From: Candidatus Latescibacterota bacterium
GTDB taxonomy: Bacteria > Latescibacterota > UBA2968 > GCA-2709665
Length of the DNA: 64,000 nucleotides
NCBI GenBank assembly: GCA_965205485.1
Contig: OZ242180.1
Coordinates: 736,001-800,000 of the forward strand
Direction of reading: 5' to 3'
Both the position numbers and the translations under genes were made by a program. Within the stretch, counting starts at the first letter, position 1. Each line of letters starts with the position of its first letter. The notes beneath the pieces are model-generated. The model did not search any database, was not told the DNA's origin, and worked only from the letters and a program-made list of their open reading frames with translations. Shown piece after piece: positions 32,929-44,376 of this stretch.

Positions 32929-32964
32929 CGTTGCAAAAGGCAACATCTGTCGCATTTTGCGACA
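32929..32964. promoter_or_regulatory. Tandem bEBP upstream activating sequences
   Basis: CGTTGCAAAAGGCAACA (32929) and the perfect palindrome TGTCGCATTTTGCGACA (32948), 19 nt apart as at 9236/9255. Confidence 0.7.
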
Positions 32965-33128
32965 CTCATTGAATAGTTTCAGAGGTATGTTCTCAAAGAT
33001 AACTTATAAACAGACATTTATGAGTGCTTCGTCGAGTGTTCACCCAGTTGCGCAGGAGGTCTTCAGTGGCGCGTTTTGCTACGAACACAGATTCCAGTGC
33101 CATTCAGAATCCGTTCTAACAACCTAAT

Positions 33129-33141
33129 TATCAATGAATTG
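33129..33141 (+). promoter_or_regulatory. IHF-like binding site
   Basis: TATCAATGAATTG matches WATCAANNNNTTR, between the UAS and the sigma54 promoter. Confidence 0.55.
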
Positions 33142-33159
33142 ATTTCGTTGAACAACAAT

Positions 33160-33174
33160 TGGCACGAATTGTGC
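33160..33174 (+). promoter_or_regulatory. Sigma54 (-24/-12) promoter of bEBP2
   Basis: TGGCACGAATTGTGC. Confidence 0.8.
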
Positions 33175-33255
33175 ATTAAGCCGCAAAGGGCGGGATGAGA
33201 CGTGAATGCGCCGTGTTCAAAGAGTCCGTCAGTCGGGCGATGGCGAAGGTGGTCG

Positions 33256-35145
<1,890 letters not shown>

Positions 35146-35160
35146 AACACATACGGCATT

Positions 35161-35241
35161 CGGGCTGAGAATCCGTGAGAACAGCGATCGAGGGGACGTC
35201 CGGCCTCGACCCAAAATGCGGTCCTCTCCCCTCTCAGCCCG
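35161..35241. mobile_element. Candidate 81-bp MITE
   Basis: 10-bp terminal inverted repeats CGGGCTGAGA/TCTCAGCCCG, flanked on both sides by GCATT (35156-35160, 35242-35246). Confidence 0.35.
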
Positions 35242-35291
35242 GCATTCGGAATAACCCGCTTCCGCCCACGAGCCTTATCCATAGCTCGGCC

Positions 35292-36032
35292 CTACGCCTT
35301 TCTCGCCACGAAAAACATCCTGCCCCTGCAATCAGGCGCGCCTTCCATAATCGGATCCTGTTCATCATAGGTCCGAATCCTCTCGAATCCGGCGCTCCTG
35401 AGGCGTTCCGTGATGTCCATCTCGGAGTACCACCGCTGAATGAGAGAAACGTCCGTCCGATTCCAGCCCGTCCCCTCCGACTCGAACACGGTCAGGTCCA
35501 TCCTGCCGATCCGCTCGTTCTCATTCCTCGAAGATCGCGCCACGCATACGAGATCATCCTCCACAATTCCGAAGCTGCCTCGCCAGCGCTGTACGTAGGC
35601 CTCTTCCATGTTGAGGTCGAATTCGAAATGACCGCCGTCGTCCAGGACTGTGTGGACGTTTCGAAACACCCGCGCCAGGTCGTCCAGGCTCATCACGTGG
35701 TTGAGGCTGTCGAAGGTCGAAAACACCGCTGCGAAACGTCGTTCGAGAGAAAGCTGCCGGGCGTCCTGAACGAGGAATTCTACGCCCGGCGCTTTTTTCC
35801 GCGCGATCTTGATCATCCTCGCTGACCCATCCACGCCCGTAACGGCGTATCCCTTTTCAGATAGTACGGCTGCAAGCTGTCCGGTACCGCAGCAGAGATC
35901 CAGAACGGCGCTTCCTGGCTGCAGGTCACGCATCACGAGACGATCCAGAACCGGATAAATCCGGTCTGCAAAATAACCCCAATGCCGGTTGTAGACCCCG
36001 GCAATGGGGTCATACGCGTCGTAGCGTTCCAT
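35292..36032 (-). CDS. Class I SAM-dependent methyltransferase
   Basis: VLDLCCGTG motif I; VTGVDGS; FDSLNH. Confidence 0.9.
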   Translation of the reverse strand: MERYDAYDPIAGVYNRHWGYFADRIYPVLDRLVMRDLQPGSAVLDLCCGTGQLAAVLSEKGYAVTGVDGSARMIKIARKKAPGVEFLVQDARQLSLERRFAAVFSTFDSLNHVMSLDDLARVFRNVHTVLDDGGHFEFDLNMEEAYVQRWRGSFGIVEDDLVCVARSSRNENERIGRMDLTVFESEGTGWNRTDVSLIQRWYSEMDITERLRSAGFERIRTYDEQDPIMEGAPDCRGRMFFVARKA

Positions 36033-36153
36033 CGTGGAATTCCCTTCCGGCGATGCAGGTTATGCCTATATGAAGACCGCGGGTGAAACGCCGAATCGGT
36101 CGGACAGCGCTCGAATCTGCCGGACGATTGCTTTTGGCGATGTCGGGTCGGTT

Positions 36154-36378
36154 TCACGCCTCAATTGGCGTCAGGCGAAACACCCGGGCGACTTGTGACG
36201 CGCGCTCCAGATCGCCACTCTCCAGAGCCTCGCGAACATCATTCAGTTTATCCGCGTCGCTCCTCGAGAGGTATGGAGTCCATCCCGCGTCGCCATCGAT
36301 CAACTCCACCTCGACCTCGGCGGCATATTCTCCGACGCGTACCAGTTTTTGGGTCGTCATCGCGGTGATGTTCTCCAT
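36154..36378 (-). CDS. Small conserved hypothetical protein, possible orphan antitoxin
   Basis: KLVRVGEYAAEVEVELI...WTPYLSRSDADKLNDVREAL resembles, from recall, small proteins found beside DUF4258-type toxins; no partner gene upstream. Confidence 0.6.
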   Translation of the reverse strand: MENITAMTTQKLVRVGEYAAEVEVELIDGDAGWTPYLSRSDADKLNDVREALESGDLERASQVARVFRLTPIEA

Positions 36379-36481
36379 TCAACGAAACGCTTATCCGGAT
36401 AATGTAGACTCGCTGCTCCCACGTACCAAGTATTGTGGGTCCGCTTGCAGACTGTCCATTGTGCTTTTATTTTGGTAATTA

Positions 36482-37279
36482 TCAGTGGGAGTCAATATAT
36501 CTTTTTCGCTCTTGAAACCCACCCCATTTCCGATGCGCTTTCTGCAGTTCCACGTCGATCGCGTGAAAGGTACTTTCTCCGACCTTCTTCGACGCTTTGA
36601 TCAATTCATCGCCGCTGGAGTCGTACGTGAGACAGGCGAAGACAAAGGTATCTTCATCTGAAGGTCCTGCTGTGGAATTAAACGCTGCAATCAGCGGCGC
36701 CTGTAACCAGAACGACGCGGATTGACCTGCTTTACGCAGGACGGACCGATTGTGCGGCGTCCAGAAATACTGATCCGTCGGGGCCAATATCAGGTCGGGC
36801 TCATGCTGTCCGGCCGCCAGCGCCGTTTCCGGCAACATCCAGTCCGCACAGGCCAGGATTACCACCTTGTGGCAGCGAAAAGGAATCGGATGGATCTCCT
36901 TCCCGGACGAGAATATGTGCGGACGGGTCGGGTTTCCCGCGAAAACCTTGCGTTGAACGCCACAAAGTTCGCCTTCGTACGACAGGAAATGCGTGAGGTA
37001 TAGTCTTTTGCCTTGCCGCTCGATGAATCCGACGCATACCGCTGTGGAAAAGTTCTTCGTCAGTCTGTTTACCATCCGCAGTACTTCCGGTGTATTCGCG
37101 TCGCCATCGGGCTGGGAGTTTCCGTCGTCCAATCCTGTCAAGACCGCTTCGCCGAACACGAACAGGTCTATATTCTCGTCAGCTTTCTCTTCAAGCACGC
37201 GCTCGACCGTCTCTAAATTTCGTGAAAGCGCATTTGCTTCGACCGGGACGGACGCCAGGCCGACCCTTAATGCGGACAT
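36482..37279 (-). CDS. Carbon-nitrogen hydrolase (nitrilase) family protein
   Basis: Triad motifs FVFGEA, QRKVF, LACAD. Confidence 0.85.
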   Translation of the reverse strand: MSALRVGLASVPVEANALSRNLETVERVLEEKADENIDLFVFGEAVLTGLDDGNSQPDGDANTPEVLRMVNRLTKNFSTAVCVGFIERQGKRLYLTHFLSYEGELCGVQRKVFAGNPTRPHIFSSGKEIHPIPFRCHKVVILACADWMLPETALAAGQHEPDLILAPTDQYFWTPHNRSVLRKAGQSASFWLQAPLIAAFNSTAGPSDEDTFVFACLTYDSSGDELIKASKKVGESTFHAIDVELQKAHRKWGGFQERKRYIDSH

Positions 37280-37407
37280 GCTTGGCTTCTCTCCAATCGG
37301 CGCACCGTTGTGGTGAGCCCTGTCATAAGCGTTCTCAAACAAAGCCGATTCAGTTGCAGGTAACGATCAGAATCTTCCGTTCGGGAGCCACTAAGGCCGC
37401 GAGGCCT

Positions 37408-38445
37408 TTATATCGTTGTATCTGCGTCGTGGAGACTCTCCAGACCGGATACCGCGGCGCCGAGGAAGTCAGGCGTCCTCGGGTGGAGAAGGCGGCCGCA
37501 GTCCCAGAAAAACCGAATCCCACGGATATTCTCTACAGCTGCAAACAGTCTTTTCTCTTTTGCCGACAGCGAGGCGACCGGTTTTTCGATGCCCGCCTGG
37601 TAGGAAGATCGGAATGCCTCCAGATATCCAGGTTCATGGGAATCCGAACCGGGCCTTGCAACGGCTTCGCCTTCGACCTGCTGCAAGTCGCGAAGCGGGG
37701 GTCCCCATCCGGCAGACTGGAAGTCGTGAACGTTGGCGATACGCAAAGAACCGCCGTTCTCCACGAGCACGTTGTGAAGTCCGGGCTCTCCCCACAGAAA
37801 TACGCTACCACCGCGTAACCTGACCTGGGGCGCGGGGTGCAGGGCGGCCAGAAACCTGTCCCACAATTCGGGCAGCGCCGCCTCAATTGACGAAGCCAGT
37901 GCCGCGTCCCCGAATAACGCATCCCCGACGGTGGCCTCCCACGACGCCAGGTCTCTCGTATTCTCCGACCGAAGCGCTTGCGGACAGGTCTGACTGTGTA
38001 CGCGCGCCAGGGTCTCGCCAAGGAGGGCGCCCAGCCTCAGTCGCGTCGATCGGGACGCACCCCGGTAGAAGCCGATGCCCGGCTCACCCGGTTCGTAGGG
38101 AATCAGGAGGCATTCGAAAGGAAGCGGTTCCCCGTCGCCGTCGAACAACAGGTACCCGGACAAGGGAACGCCATCGACGGCCTGCAGCGCCCGCGTGGCG
38201 ATGTATTCGGTCTTCAGACTGAAGCCACGGGAATGCCGGAACTGGATCTTCAGGAAAATCCGTCCATGGGACCGGGTCTCTACGTCGAGCGTCAGATTTG
38301 TGAAATTACCTTCCCGTCGCTGAATGGAACCGGACGCACTGAAACCATGTTTCTGCAGAAATGCGTCGATCTGAGCGCGGGAGACGTCAGGTTTATCGTC
38401 GGATAGGGCCCGGATATCCTCCATGCTGGCCAGTCGTGTTACCAT
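37408..38445 (-). CDS. Aminoglycoside phosphotransferase-like fold protein
   Basis: FLKI, EYIA, LARVH, WGEPGLHNVLV and HDFQSAGWG correspond to APH motifs, with an altered catalytic loop. Confidence 0.7.
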   Translation of the reverse strand: MVTRLASMEDIRALSDDKPDVSRAQIDAFLQKHGFSASGSIQRREGNFTNLTLDVETRSHGRIFLKIQFRHSRGFSLKTEYIATRALQAVDGVPLSGYLLFDGDGEPLPFECLLIPYEPGEPGIGFYRGASRSTRLRLGALLGETLARVHSQTCPQALRSENTRDLASWEATVGDALFGDAALASSIEAALPELWDRFLAALHPAPQVRLRGGSVFLWGEPGLHNVLVENGGSLRIANVHDFQSAGWGPPLRDLQQVEGEAVARPGSDSHEPGYLEAFRSSYQAGIEKPVASLSAKEKRLFAAVENIRGIRFFWDCGRLLHPRTPDFLGAAVSGLESLHDADTTI

Positions 38446-38503
38446 TCGTTGCAATCTCTGTGTATCGTTCCGCCCGATTCAGCCGCGATGAATCCCATCC
38501 CAC

Positions 38504-39232
38504 TCATGTATCCCGCCGCATCAGGGAATAGCTCTGCGCGGTGGGGCCGCCGTGGGGTTGGGTCGCCAGAAAGAGCGCCATCGGCACCACGTCTTCAGGC
38601 GATTTGAACCACTCGCCTTCGAAGTGGAGTTTCGAGACGATATCCGTTCGTACCGGCCCGGGGATGAGTTCGTTTACGCTGATGTTGTGCTGCCGGAGTT
38701 CCTGTGCGAGAACGCGCGTCAACATCCAGAGACCGGCTTTCGAACAGCAGTAGGCCGAACTCTCAGCTAATCCGTTGTGGCCCATGCCGGATCCGATGGT
38801 GATGATCTTCCCGCCGCCCCGCCGCTTCATGGCCGGAATCGCCGCCCTGGCGCAATAGTACCCACCAAGCAGATTCGTGCGAATCGTCTCCTCCCAGGCA
38901 GCGGGATCGCCCTCCTCAACGGATCCATGATCTAGGTTCACACCCGCATTCAGCACGACGACGTCGATTCCGCACAGTTCCGCTTCCGCGAACTCGAAAA
39001 GCGCGTGTACCGCATCCTGTTGCCTCACGTCCGCCAGGAACGAGACCGCGGTCCCGCCCTCTCCGCGAATTTCCCGCACGGTTTCCTGAATCTCGGATTC
39101 GGACCTCGCCGAGCAGCAGACCGATGCGCCCGCCCGCGCGTAGCCCAATGCAATCGCACGGCCGATGCCGCGACCCGCGCCGGTTATGACAGCGACCTTA
39201 CCTGCGAGTGAATTGCTTACCTGTTCGCCCAT
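38504..39232 (-). CDS. SDR family NAD(P)-dependent oxidoreductase
   Basis: TGAGRGIG; NAG; YCCSK. Confidence 0.93.
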   Translation of the reverse strand: MGEQVSNSLAGKVAVITGAGRGIGRAIALGYARAGASVCCSARSESEIQETVREIRGEGGTAVSFLADVRQQDAVHALFEFAEAELCGIDVVVLNAGVNLDHGSVEEGDPAAWEETIRTNLLGGYYCARAAIPAMKRRGGGKIITIGSGMGHNGLAESSAYCCSKAGLWMLTRVLAQELRQHNISVNELIPGPVRTDIVSKLHFEGEWFKSPEDVVPMALFLATQPHGGPTAQSYSLMRRDT

Positions 39233-39328
39233 TAAGTTTACTCCCTTCGCGCAACACATTCGGGCGTGCTGTTCGTCGATTGCGTTGCCCGCACTTAATT
39301 TATCAAATCCAGCCTTGTGACGCGTCAT

Positions 39329-39507
39329 TGAGCTTGTCGAAATGCCCGCCTGTGGAGCTTGACCCCTTCGAAATGCCCGCCTGTGGCTAGCTCAGGGCAT
39401 TCGACAAGCTCAGGGCAGCCTTCCCTTCGACAAGCTCAGGGCGCCTTCGACAAGCTCAGGGCAGCGCCTTCGACAAGCTCAGGGCAGCGCCTTCGACAAG
39501 CTCAAGG
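39329..39507. repeat. Tandem cluster of TTCGACAAGCTCAGGG REP-like repeats
   Basis: Five direct copies at 39400, 39426, 39446, 39469, 39492 (last variant) plus an inverted copy at 39329; same family at 23272 and 24011. Confidence 0.9.
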
Positions 39508-39535
39508 AGCGGCTCGGGATGCGCAGCGCATCTGG

Positions 39536-39814
39536 TCACTGACCCACGGAAAAGTGCAACTTTCTCCCGATCGCTTCGGCATACTTGCGCAGTGTTGACA
39601 GCCGGATGTCCTGGGCATGGTTTTCCATTCTCGAAATAGCGGATCTCCTGGTATTCAGCTTTTTCGCTACCTCCTCCTGTGTAAAGCCGGCCTCCTTTCG
39701 GGCTTCCCGGAGCAGGACACCGATCTTGAATCCGAGATAACCACTTTCGTAATTCTCAGCGAATTCAGGGTCTCTTGCTTTGCGTTTCCCTACATACACC
39801 TTAAGGTCGCTCAT
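39536..39814 (-). CDS. XRE-family HTH regulator, HigA-like antitoxin without adjacent toxin
   Basis: RKARDPEFAENYE...LREARKEAGFTQEEVAKKLNTRRSAISRMEN...LSTLRKYAEAIG. Confidence 0.85.
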   Translation of the reverse strand: MSDLKVYVGKRKARDPEFAENYESGYLGFKIGVLLREARKEAGFTQEEVAKKLNTRRSAISRMENHAQDIRLSTLRKYAEAIGRKLHFSVGQ

Positions 39815-40310
39815 TGGTCCTACCTCCTTCAGTCGATTTTTCGTAAGATACGATGGTCATTTTGGAATTAACAGCGCGAGGGATTCCGGTTCTCCGATAG
39901 CCGTTTTTCTCGTAAAAATAACAGTTGCCTTTCTCCTGCAGGATGGTTTCGAGTTCCCAGTGCTCGGCCTGAACGGCACCTTCAACAAGCTCAATAGCTT
40001 CTTGGCCATAGCCCTTTCCCTGATGTCTTGGGACAATAAACATCGGGCTGATTCTCGCACTCTTGACCCTGTCATCGATTATTACTCTGATCGCACCGAT
40101 CGGCACGACATCGAGCACGACGATAAAGAAACTCGTTTGGGGTTGTTTCAATCTGGCGATGATACGCTCAACACTGTCGTTAGCCGGGTTCGTTTCGAAA
40201 TCTTGGTATTTGCGGAGGAGCGGCAAAAAAGACTCGACTTGAAGCTTGTGAATTGTCTCCGCATCTGCAATAGACGCTCTTCTAAGGCTGATTCCCACAA
40301 TCTCCCTCAC
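39801..40310 (-). CDS. GNAT N-acetyltransferase
   Basis: FIVPRHQGKGYG acetyl-CoA motif; FYEKNGY. Confidence 0.9.
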   Translation of the reverse strand: MREIVGISLRRASIADAETIHKLQVESFLPLLRKYQDFETNPANDSVERIIARLKQPQTSFFIVVLDVVPIGAIRVIIDDRVKSARISPMFIVPRHQGKGYGQEAIELVEGAVQAEHWELETILQEKGNCYFYEKNGYRRTGIPRAVNSKMTIVSYEKSTEGGRTNERP

Positions 40311-40855
40311 TTATGCTTGAGTGCAACCCATTCGCATCGCAAGAGTCCGCACCTGACCGTGTTTCTGAATTCCCCTCTCACGTATTGGTCCTGGCGCGAC
40401 ACGCCCTCGCGGATCATGCCAAGCTTTTCCAGGACCCGGAGGGAACCGGCGTTCCGCTCATCGGTCGTCGCCTGGATACGATTCAGATCGGGCCAAGCGG
40501 CAAACGATGCGTCGATCACGGCGCCGGCCGCCTCGGTGACCAATCCTCGCCCCCAGAGGCGTCGGGCGATACTATAGCCGATTGTGCCGACACGATTCTT
40601 GAGGTCGAATCCAATATTGACGCCACCGACCGCAGATCCGGCGTATTCGATCGCCCAGGACGCGCGTTTCGTGCGGTCCTGCGACACCTGGGTTGCCAGG
40701 AATCCCTCCGCGTCGGCTCTCGTATAGGGTTGGGGAACCGGGCCAAGATAACGTGCCCACTCCGGATCGGACGCGTACGACAGGACGTCTTCAACGTCGT
40801 CTAGACTGTATGGTCTGAGTATCAACCGGTCTGTTTCGATCACTTCCGGGAGCAT
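40307..40855 (-). CDS. RimJ/RimL-type GNAT N-acetyltransferase
   Basis: IETDRLILRP; IGYSIARRLWGRGLVTEA; NAGSLRVLEKLGM. Confidence 0.92.
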   Translation of the reverse strand: MLPEVIETDRLILRPYSLDDVEDVLSYASDPEWARYLGPVPQPYTRADAEGFLATQVSQDRTKRASWAIEYAGSAVGGVNIGFDLKNRVGTIGYSIARRLWGRGLVTEAAGAVIDASFAAWPDLNRIQATTDERNAGSLRVLEKLGMIREGVSRQDQYVRGEFRNTVRCGLLRCEWVALKHK

Positions 40856-40891
40856 TCCCAAACCCTTCCTTTTTTAACAAGAGTGTGAATT

Positions 40892-40979
40892 GTAGGGGCG
40901 TCCCTTGTGGACGCCCGCCTATTCGACGATCGCCAGGAACATCCACAAAACCCACGGTAACCACAAGGGTTGCCTCTAC
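40892..40979. repeat. GTAG-family REP doublet
   Basis: GTAGGGGCGTCCCTTGTGGACGCCC and inverted GGTAACCACAAGGGTTGCCTCTAC. Confidence 0.8.
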
Positions 40980-41013
40980 GCTGGATTCGGAAACACCCCA
41001 AGTGACAGATCGA

Positions 41014-41859
41014 TCACTCCGCGAACTGGGACTCGATGGCACCGACAATGCCAGGCACGTGCTCGTCGTAGCCGTGATTCAGGGCGAAGAAGAGGACGAA
41101 GAAGAGCTTTCGCTTCGACTGGTAATCCACCCGCATCCAGAAATCATCCCCCAGCGGCAACCGGTAGGCCTCGGCCATATCCACGGCGAACGGTTTCCCG
41201 AACCTGCGGTAGAAGGTAGCGAAATCCGTCGCCGGATCGTTCAGGCTGATGTCGCCGAAGTCAATTATCCCGGTAAGCCGGGATCCCTCTGCGTCGATCA
41301 GGACGTTGCCGGTTCCGAAATCCGAATGGGTAACGACGTTCGGGTACGCCGCGGACGCAATTTTCGACAGCACCCGACGGAAGTAGCCTTCGGCCTTGTT
41401 CCGGGTAGAGGGCTGCAGACGCGGCGCCGCGGCCGGCCACAACTCCTCCCAGAAATCGCCGCCACTGAACGGCGCGGTCTTTAGGTAGCGATGCTCGAAC
41501 GTTACGGCATGGAGACACGACAGGAAGTCGCCCAGGGCCGCCGCCAGTTTCGTTCGCTCGTTCCTGTCGTGACGCTTGAATATCGCCTCCGAAAACTTGA
41601 AACCCTCGATCTTTTCGTAGGCGATAAAGTTGGTGTCCGAGTACCGTATTTCGGGGATCGGTAGGGGCGCAAGTCCCTTGAAAAGAGGCAAAAACGCCTG
41701 CTCAACGGCAAGCTGCGTATTCGAAGGGTCCCGAACGAAACGAAATATCCACTTCCCGTTTACCTCCAGGACGATATGCGTCCAGCCCTCATCGATCCGA
41801 ACGATAGATTCGACGGAGTCGTCCAGACAGTCCCGCACGGTCGATTCATATGCATCCAT
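41014..41859 (-). CDS. Aminoglycoside phosphotransferase family protein
   Basis: EGW...WIFRF; HSDFGTGNVL; GIIDFGD; DPATDFA. Confidence 0.9.
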   Translation of the reverse strand: MDAYESTVRDCLDDSVESIVRIDEGWTHIVLEVNGKWIFRFVRDPSNTQLAVEQAFLPLFKGLAPLPIPEIRYSDTNFIAYEKIEGFKFSEAIFKRHDRNERTKLAAALGDFLSCLHAVTFEHRYLKTAPFSGGDFWEELWPAAAPRLQPSTRNKAEGYFRRVLSKIASAAYPNVVTHSDFGTGNVLIDAEGSRLTGIIDFGDISLNDPATDFATFYRRFGKPFAVDMAEAYRLPLGDDFWMRVDYQSKRKLFFVLFFALNHGYDEHVPGIVGAIESQFAE

Positions 41860-41913
41860 TCAGCTCGTCACCATGAATCTCGTCCGCTCGTCTCACACGT
41901 GGTAATTTTCGGC

Positions 41914-42000
41914 GTAGGGGCGCCCCTTGTGGGCGCCCGCTCTTTCAACGAACGCCGGGAACCACGTGAAACCCAAGGCAACCACACGGGTTGCCCCTAC
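41914..42000. repeat. GTAG-family REP doublet
   Basis: GTAGGGGCGCCCCTTGTGGGCGCCC and inverted GGCAACCACACGGGTTGCCCCTAC; single copies also at 42756-42780 and 46182-46205. Confidence 0.8.
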
Positions 42001-42039
42001 ACGGTGTGTAGGCGTACGGCGCCTGGCTGATCTGCAATC

Positions 42040-42705
42040 CTAAGGACTTGCCTTTCGTTTCCAAATCTCAACCGCATGCCGAAAGCCTATTTCCGGACTG
42101 CTGAGGATCGGAATGGGGATTTCCGGACACAGATTCGCCGCTCCTGCCATAGAGGCCTGCGCCAATACGATGACGTCTCCTTCGGACGCGCGCTCCTTCA
42201 ATTTGCGGGCGATTTCACTGAAATATCCTTCGTTGTCGCCCTCCTCGAGCCTGCTCCACGCATTGTCACATAGAACCTCGATCACATCAATGCGTTTCTT
42301 GCGCGTCCTCGCGACTTCAAGAATCAGGTTTCGAGTTGGCGCGAGTGTACTTTCGAGAGCCGCGGCAATGATGATTCGCGATCCGATTTCGACGGCTTTT
42401 TCGGCCATCGGACGGTCGACACGAACGACGACGCCTTCCGCCATGTCATTTGCGCTTTCCGCACTCGCTCCGATTGTAGAACAGGTGCAGAGTACCACGC
42501 GCGCCCCTTCTTCGATCACGGCGCCGATACGGCCCTGAATACGTCCATCCAGGTCCTGACTGATCCCCTTCTCGCGGGCTTCGGTCAGAAATCCCTCTTC
42601 CACAATGTGCCTGACAGGCAATTCCGTATCGGCTTCGGCTACAAGCCGATCGAATGTATCGATCAGCACCGGTGTTGTGTGAAGAAACGCCAGATGGGAT
42701 TGCAT
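42040..42705 (-). CDS. Asp/Glu/hydantoin racemase family protein
   Basis: FLHT; LCTCSTIG; RVDRPMA; VIVLAQASM; ILSSP. Confidence 0.85.
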   Translation of the reverse strand: MQSHLAFLHTTPVLIDTFDRLVAEADTELPVRHIVEEGFLTEAREKGISQDLDGRIQGRIGAVIEEGARVVLCTCSTIGASAESANDMAEGVVVRVDRPMAEKAVEIGSRIIIAAALESTLAPTRNLILEVARTRKKRIDVIEVLCDNAWSRLEEGDNEGYFSEIARKLKERASEGDVIVLAQASMAGAANLCPEIPIPILSSPEIGFRHAVEIWKRKASP

Positions 42706-42830
42706 TCGATGAATTCCTTTCATTGATTGATAACCTCTTGATGCGGAGAAACCCAGGGCAACCACAAGGGTTGCCCCTACACAAACGAGGTATCCGTCGC
42801 TGGTAGGTGGACGTTCCGGACTCCTATTTT

Positions 42831-43625
42831 TTACGGCGCCGATGCGGCGACGGTCAACCAGGCAGGCAGACCGGCACGCGGATTCGCGCGCCAATCCAGC
42901 ATCGAATCGTCCCTGTCGACCTCACCATTGCCTCCCCGCCAATATCCGGAATCGCGAGCCGGGCTTTCGATGACTTTCTTCAACACCAATCCGGCTTGCG
43001 CAAGCGGATTGAGCAAGTCAGCGAGGGTCCAATGGTGCTCATACGACTCCTCTTCGGACCCGTCGAAAGGACCGGTATCCCAATAGGGTTTCACGATTTC
43101 AACAGGTGCGACCTGCTCCTTCCACGGGCGTGTGAAGGGATGAACGTCGTAGAAGACGTACGCGCCTCCCGACTTCAGGATGCGGGCGACCTCCGAGAAT
43201 ACGCCAAAGAGATCGGCAATCCATACAAAAAAGCCGTTCGTCGAACAGACCAGATCAAAGCTCGAATCGGACAGCGAATCCAGACTGGCTGCATCGGAAC
43301 GCACGAATTCCATCGACAGACCCAGCGAGTCCGCCCGGTCCGACGCCAGGCTCAATCGCTCCTCGGAGATGTCCGTTGAAGTAACCCTGGCGCCCAGGCC
43401 CGCAAGCGCATAGGCCGCCAGATTGTCCCCGCTGCCGATCACACAGACTCGCCTTCCGTCAACCGTTCCCACCATTTCCCGGAGGGTCCCAAGCGCCCCG
43501 CCTTCGAATGCCAACTCGGGTTCCCGGTGACACCGGCGCCAGAGGCTATCGCGATTCAGACGTTCCTCCCAGTCCCCGGCCATATCGTTCCATCGCCGGC
43601 GGTTGGCTTCGTGTATTTCGTTCAT
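42831..43625 (-). CDS. Class I SAM-dependent methyltransferase
   Basis: VCVIGSG; VTSTDIS; SFDLV; RILKSGG. Confidence 0.88.
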   Translation of the reverse strand: MNEIHEANRRRWNDMAGDWEERLNRDSLWRRCHREPELAFEGGALGTLREMVGTVDGRRVCVIGSGDNLAAYALAGLGARVTSTDISEERLSLASDRADSLGLSMEFVRSDAASLDSLSDSSFDLVCSTNGFFVWIADLFGVFSEVARILKSGGAYVFYDVHPFTRPWKEQVAPVEIVKPYWDTGPFDGSEEESYEHHWTLADLLNPLAQAGLVLKKVIESPARDSGYWRGGNGEVDRDDSMLDWRANPRAGLPAWLTVAASAP

Positions 43626-43715
43626 GGACTTTTCCCGCGAAAACACCTTCTGTGTGTCGTTTCGAATCGTACAAAACGTAAAATACCTTGAAACAGTAGA
43701 TCGGGTGGTCTCGTA

Positions 43716-44324
43716 TCAGGACCTGGGCAGAATCTGCTTCAGCAACGCAGGATGTCGTCGACGCAATTCCAGAAGTCTTGCGGCCGTCCCGACGGGCCTG
43801 AGCCGAGCGGAACGCGGTAATCGCACCCGTTCCTCGATGATCCCTCCCTGCGCCTCGAGGCGCTCGATTGTGAAAGATTCCACTGCGAGGTCATAGAATA
43901 GTCCGGGTTTCAACGTCGCGATGGCCGAAAGATCGCCCGGTTCCGCCCGACCGATCGCTCGGCCGGCGTACACCGCGACCTTTGCGCCCGGGACATAACC
44001 CGGATCGTTTCCTTCCCACAAGAATTGAACGCCATCCGGAACCTTGCCCGGCGGAAGCGGCGACACGTTTCCGGCCGGGTCCATCGAAAAGGGTTTCACA
44101 GAACCGTCGAGCGCGACCCTGCAGCCGATTTCTTCCATCGCCTCCCTGCGCAAGGCGCCCTCCAGGGACTCGCCTTCCTCAATCGTGCCGCCGATGCAGC
44201 TCATGCCGATCTCGATAATCCCATCCTGTCCGCGCTGCCATTTCTCTTCTCTCTGGAGTTCGAAGAGAAAACCGTCCCTCTCCGTTAGGATAATCGCAAC
44301 GCCTATGATCAGAAAGTCTGACAT
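43716..44324 (-). CDS. NUDIX hydrolase
   Basis: Nudix box GGTIEEGESLEGALRREAMEEIG. Confidence 0.88.
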   Translation of the reverse strand: MSDFLIIGVAIILTERDGFLFELQREEKWQRGQDGIIEIGMSCIGGTIEEGESLEGALRREAMEEIGCRVALDGSVKPFSMDPAGNVSPLPPGKVPDGVQFLWEGNDPGYVPGAKVAVYAGRAIGRAEPGDLSAIATLKPGLFYDLAVESFTIERLEAQGGIIEERVRLPRSARLRPVGTAARLLELRRRHPALLKQILPRS

Positions 44325-44376
44325 CTCATTGTCGACCGACTATGCCCGCCGCGATGGTGCGGGAAAGGTGTTCTGT

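Noticed and set aside
39400..39507. CRISPR array
   Set aside because: Repeat is 16 nt with 4-10-nt, partly identical spacers; no cas genes; same sequence occurs as dispersed REPs.
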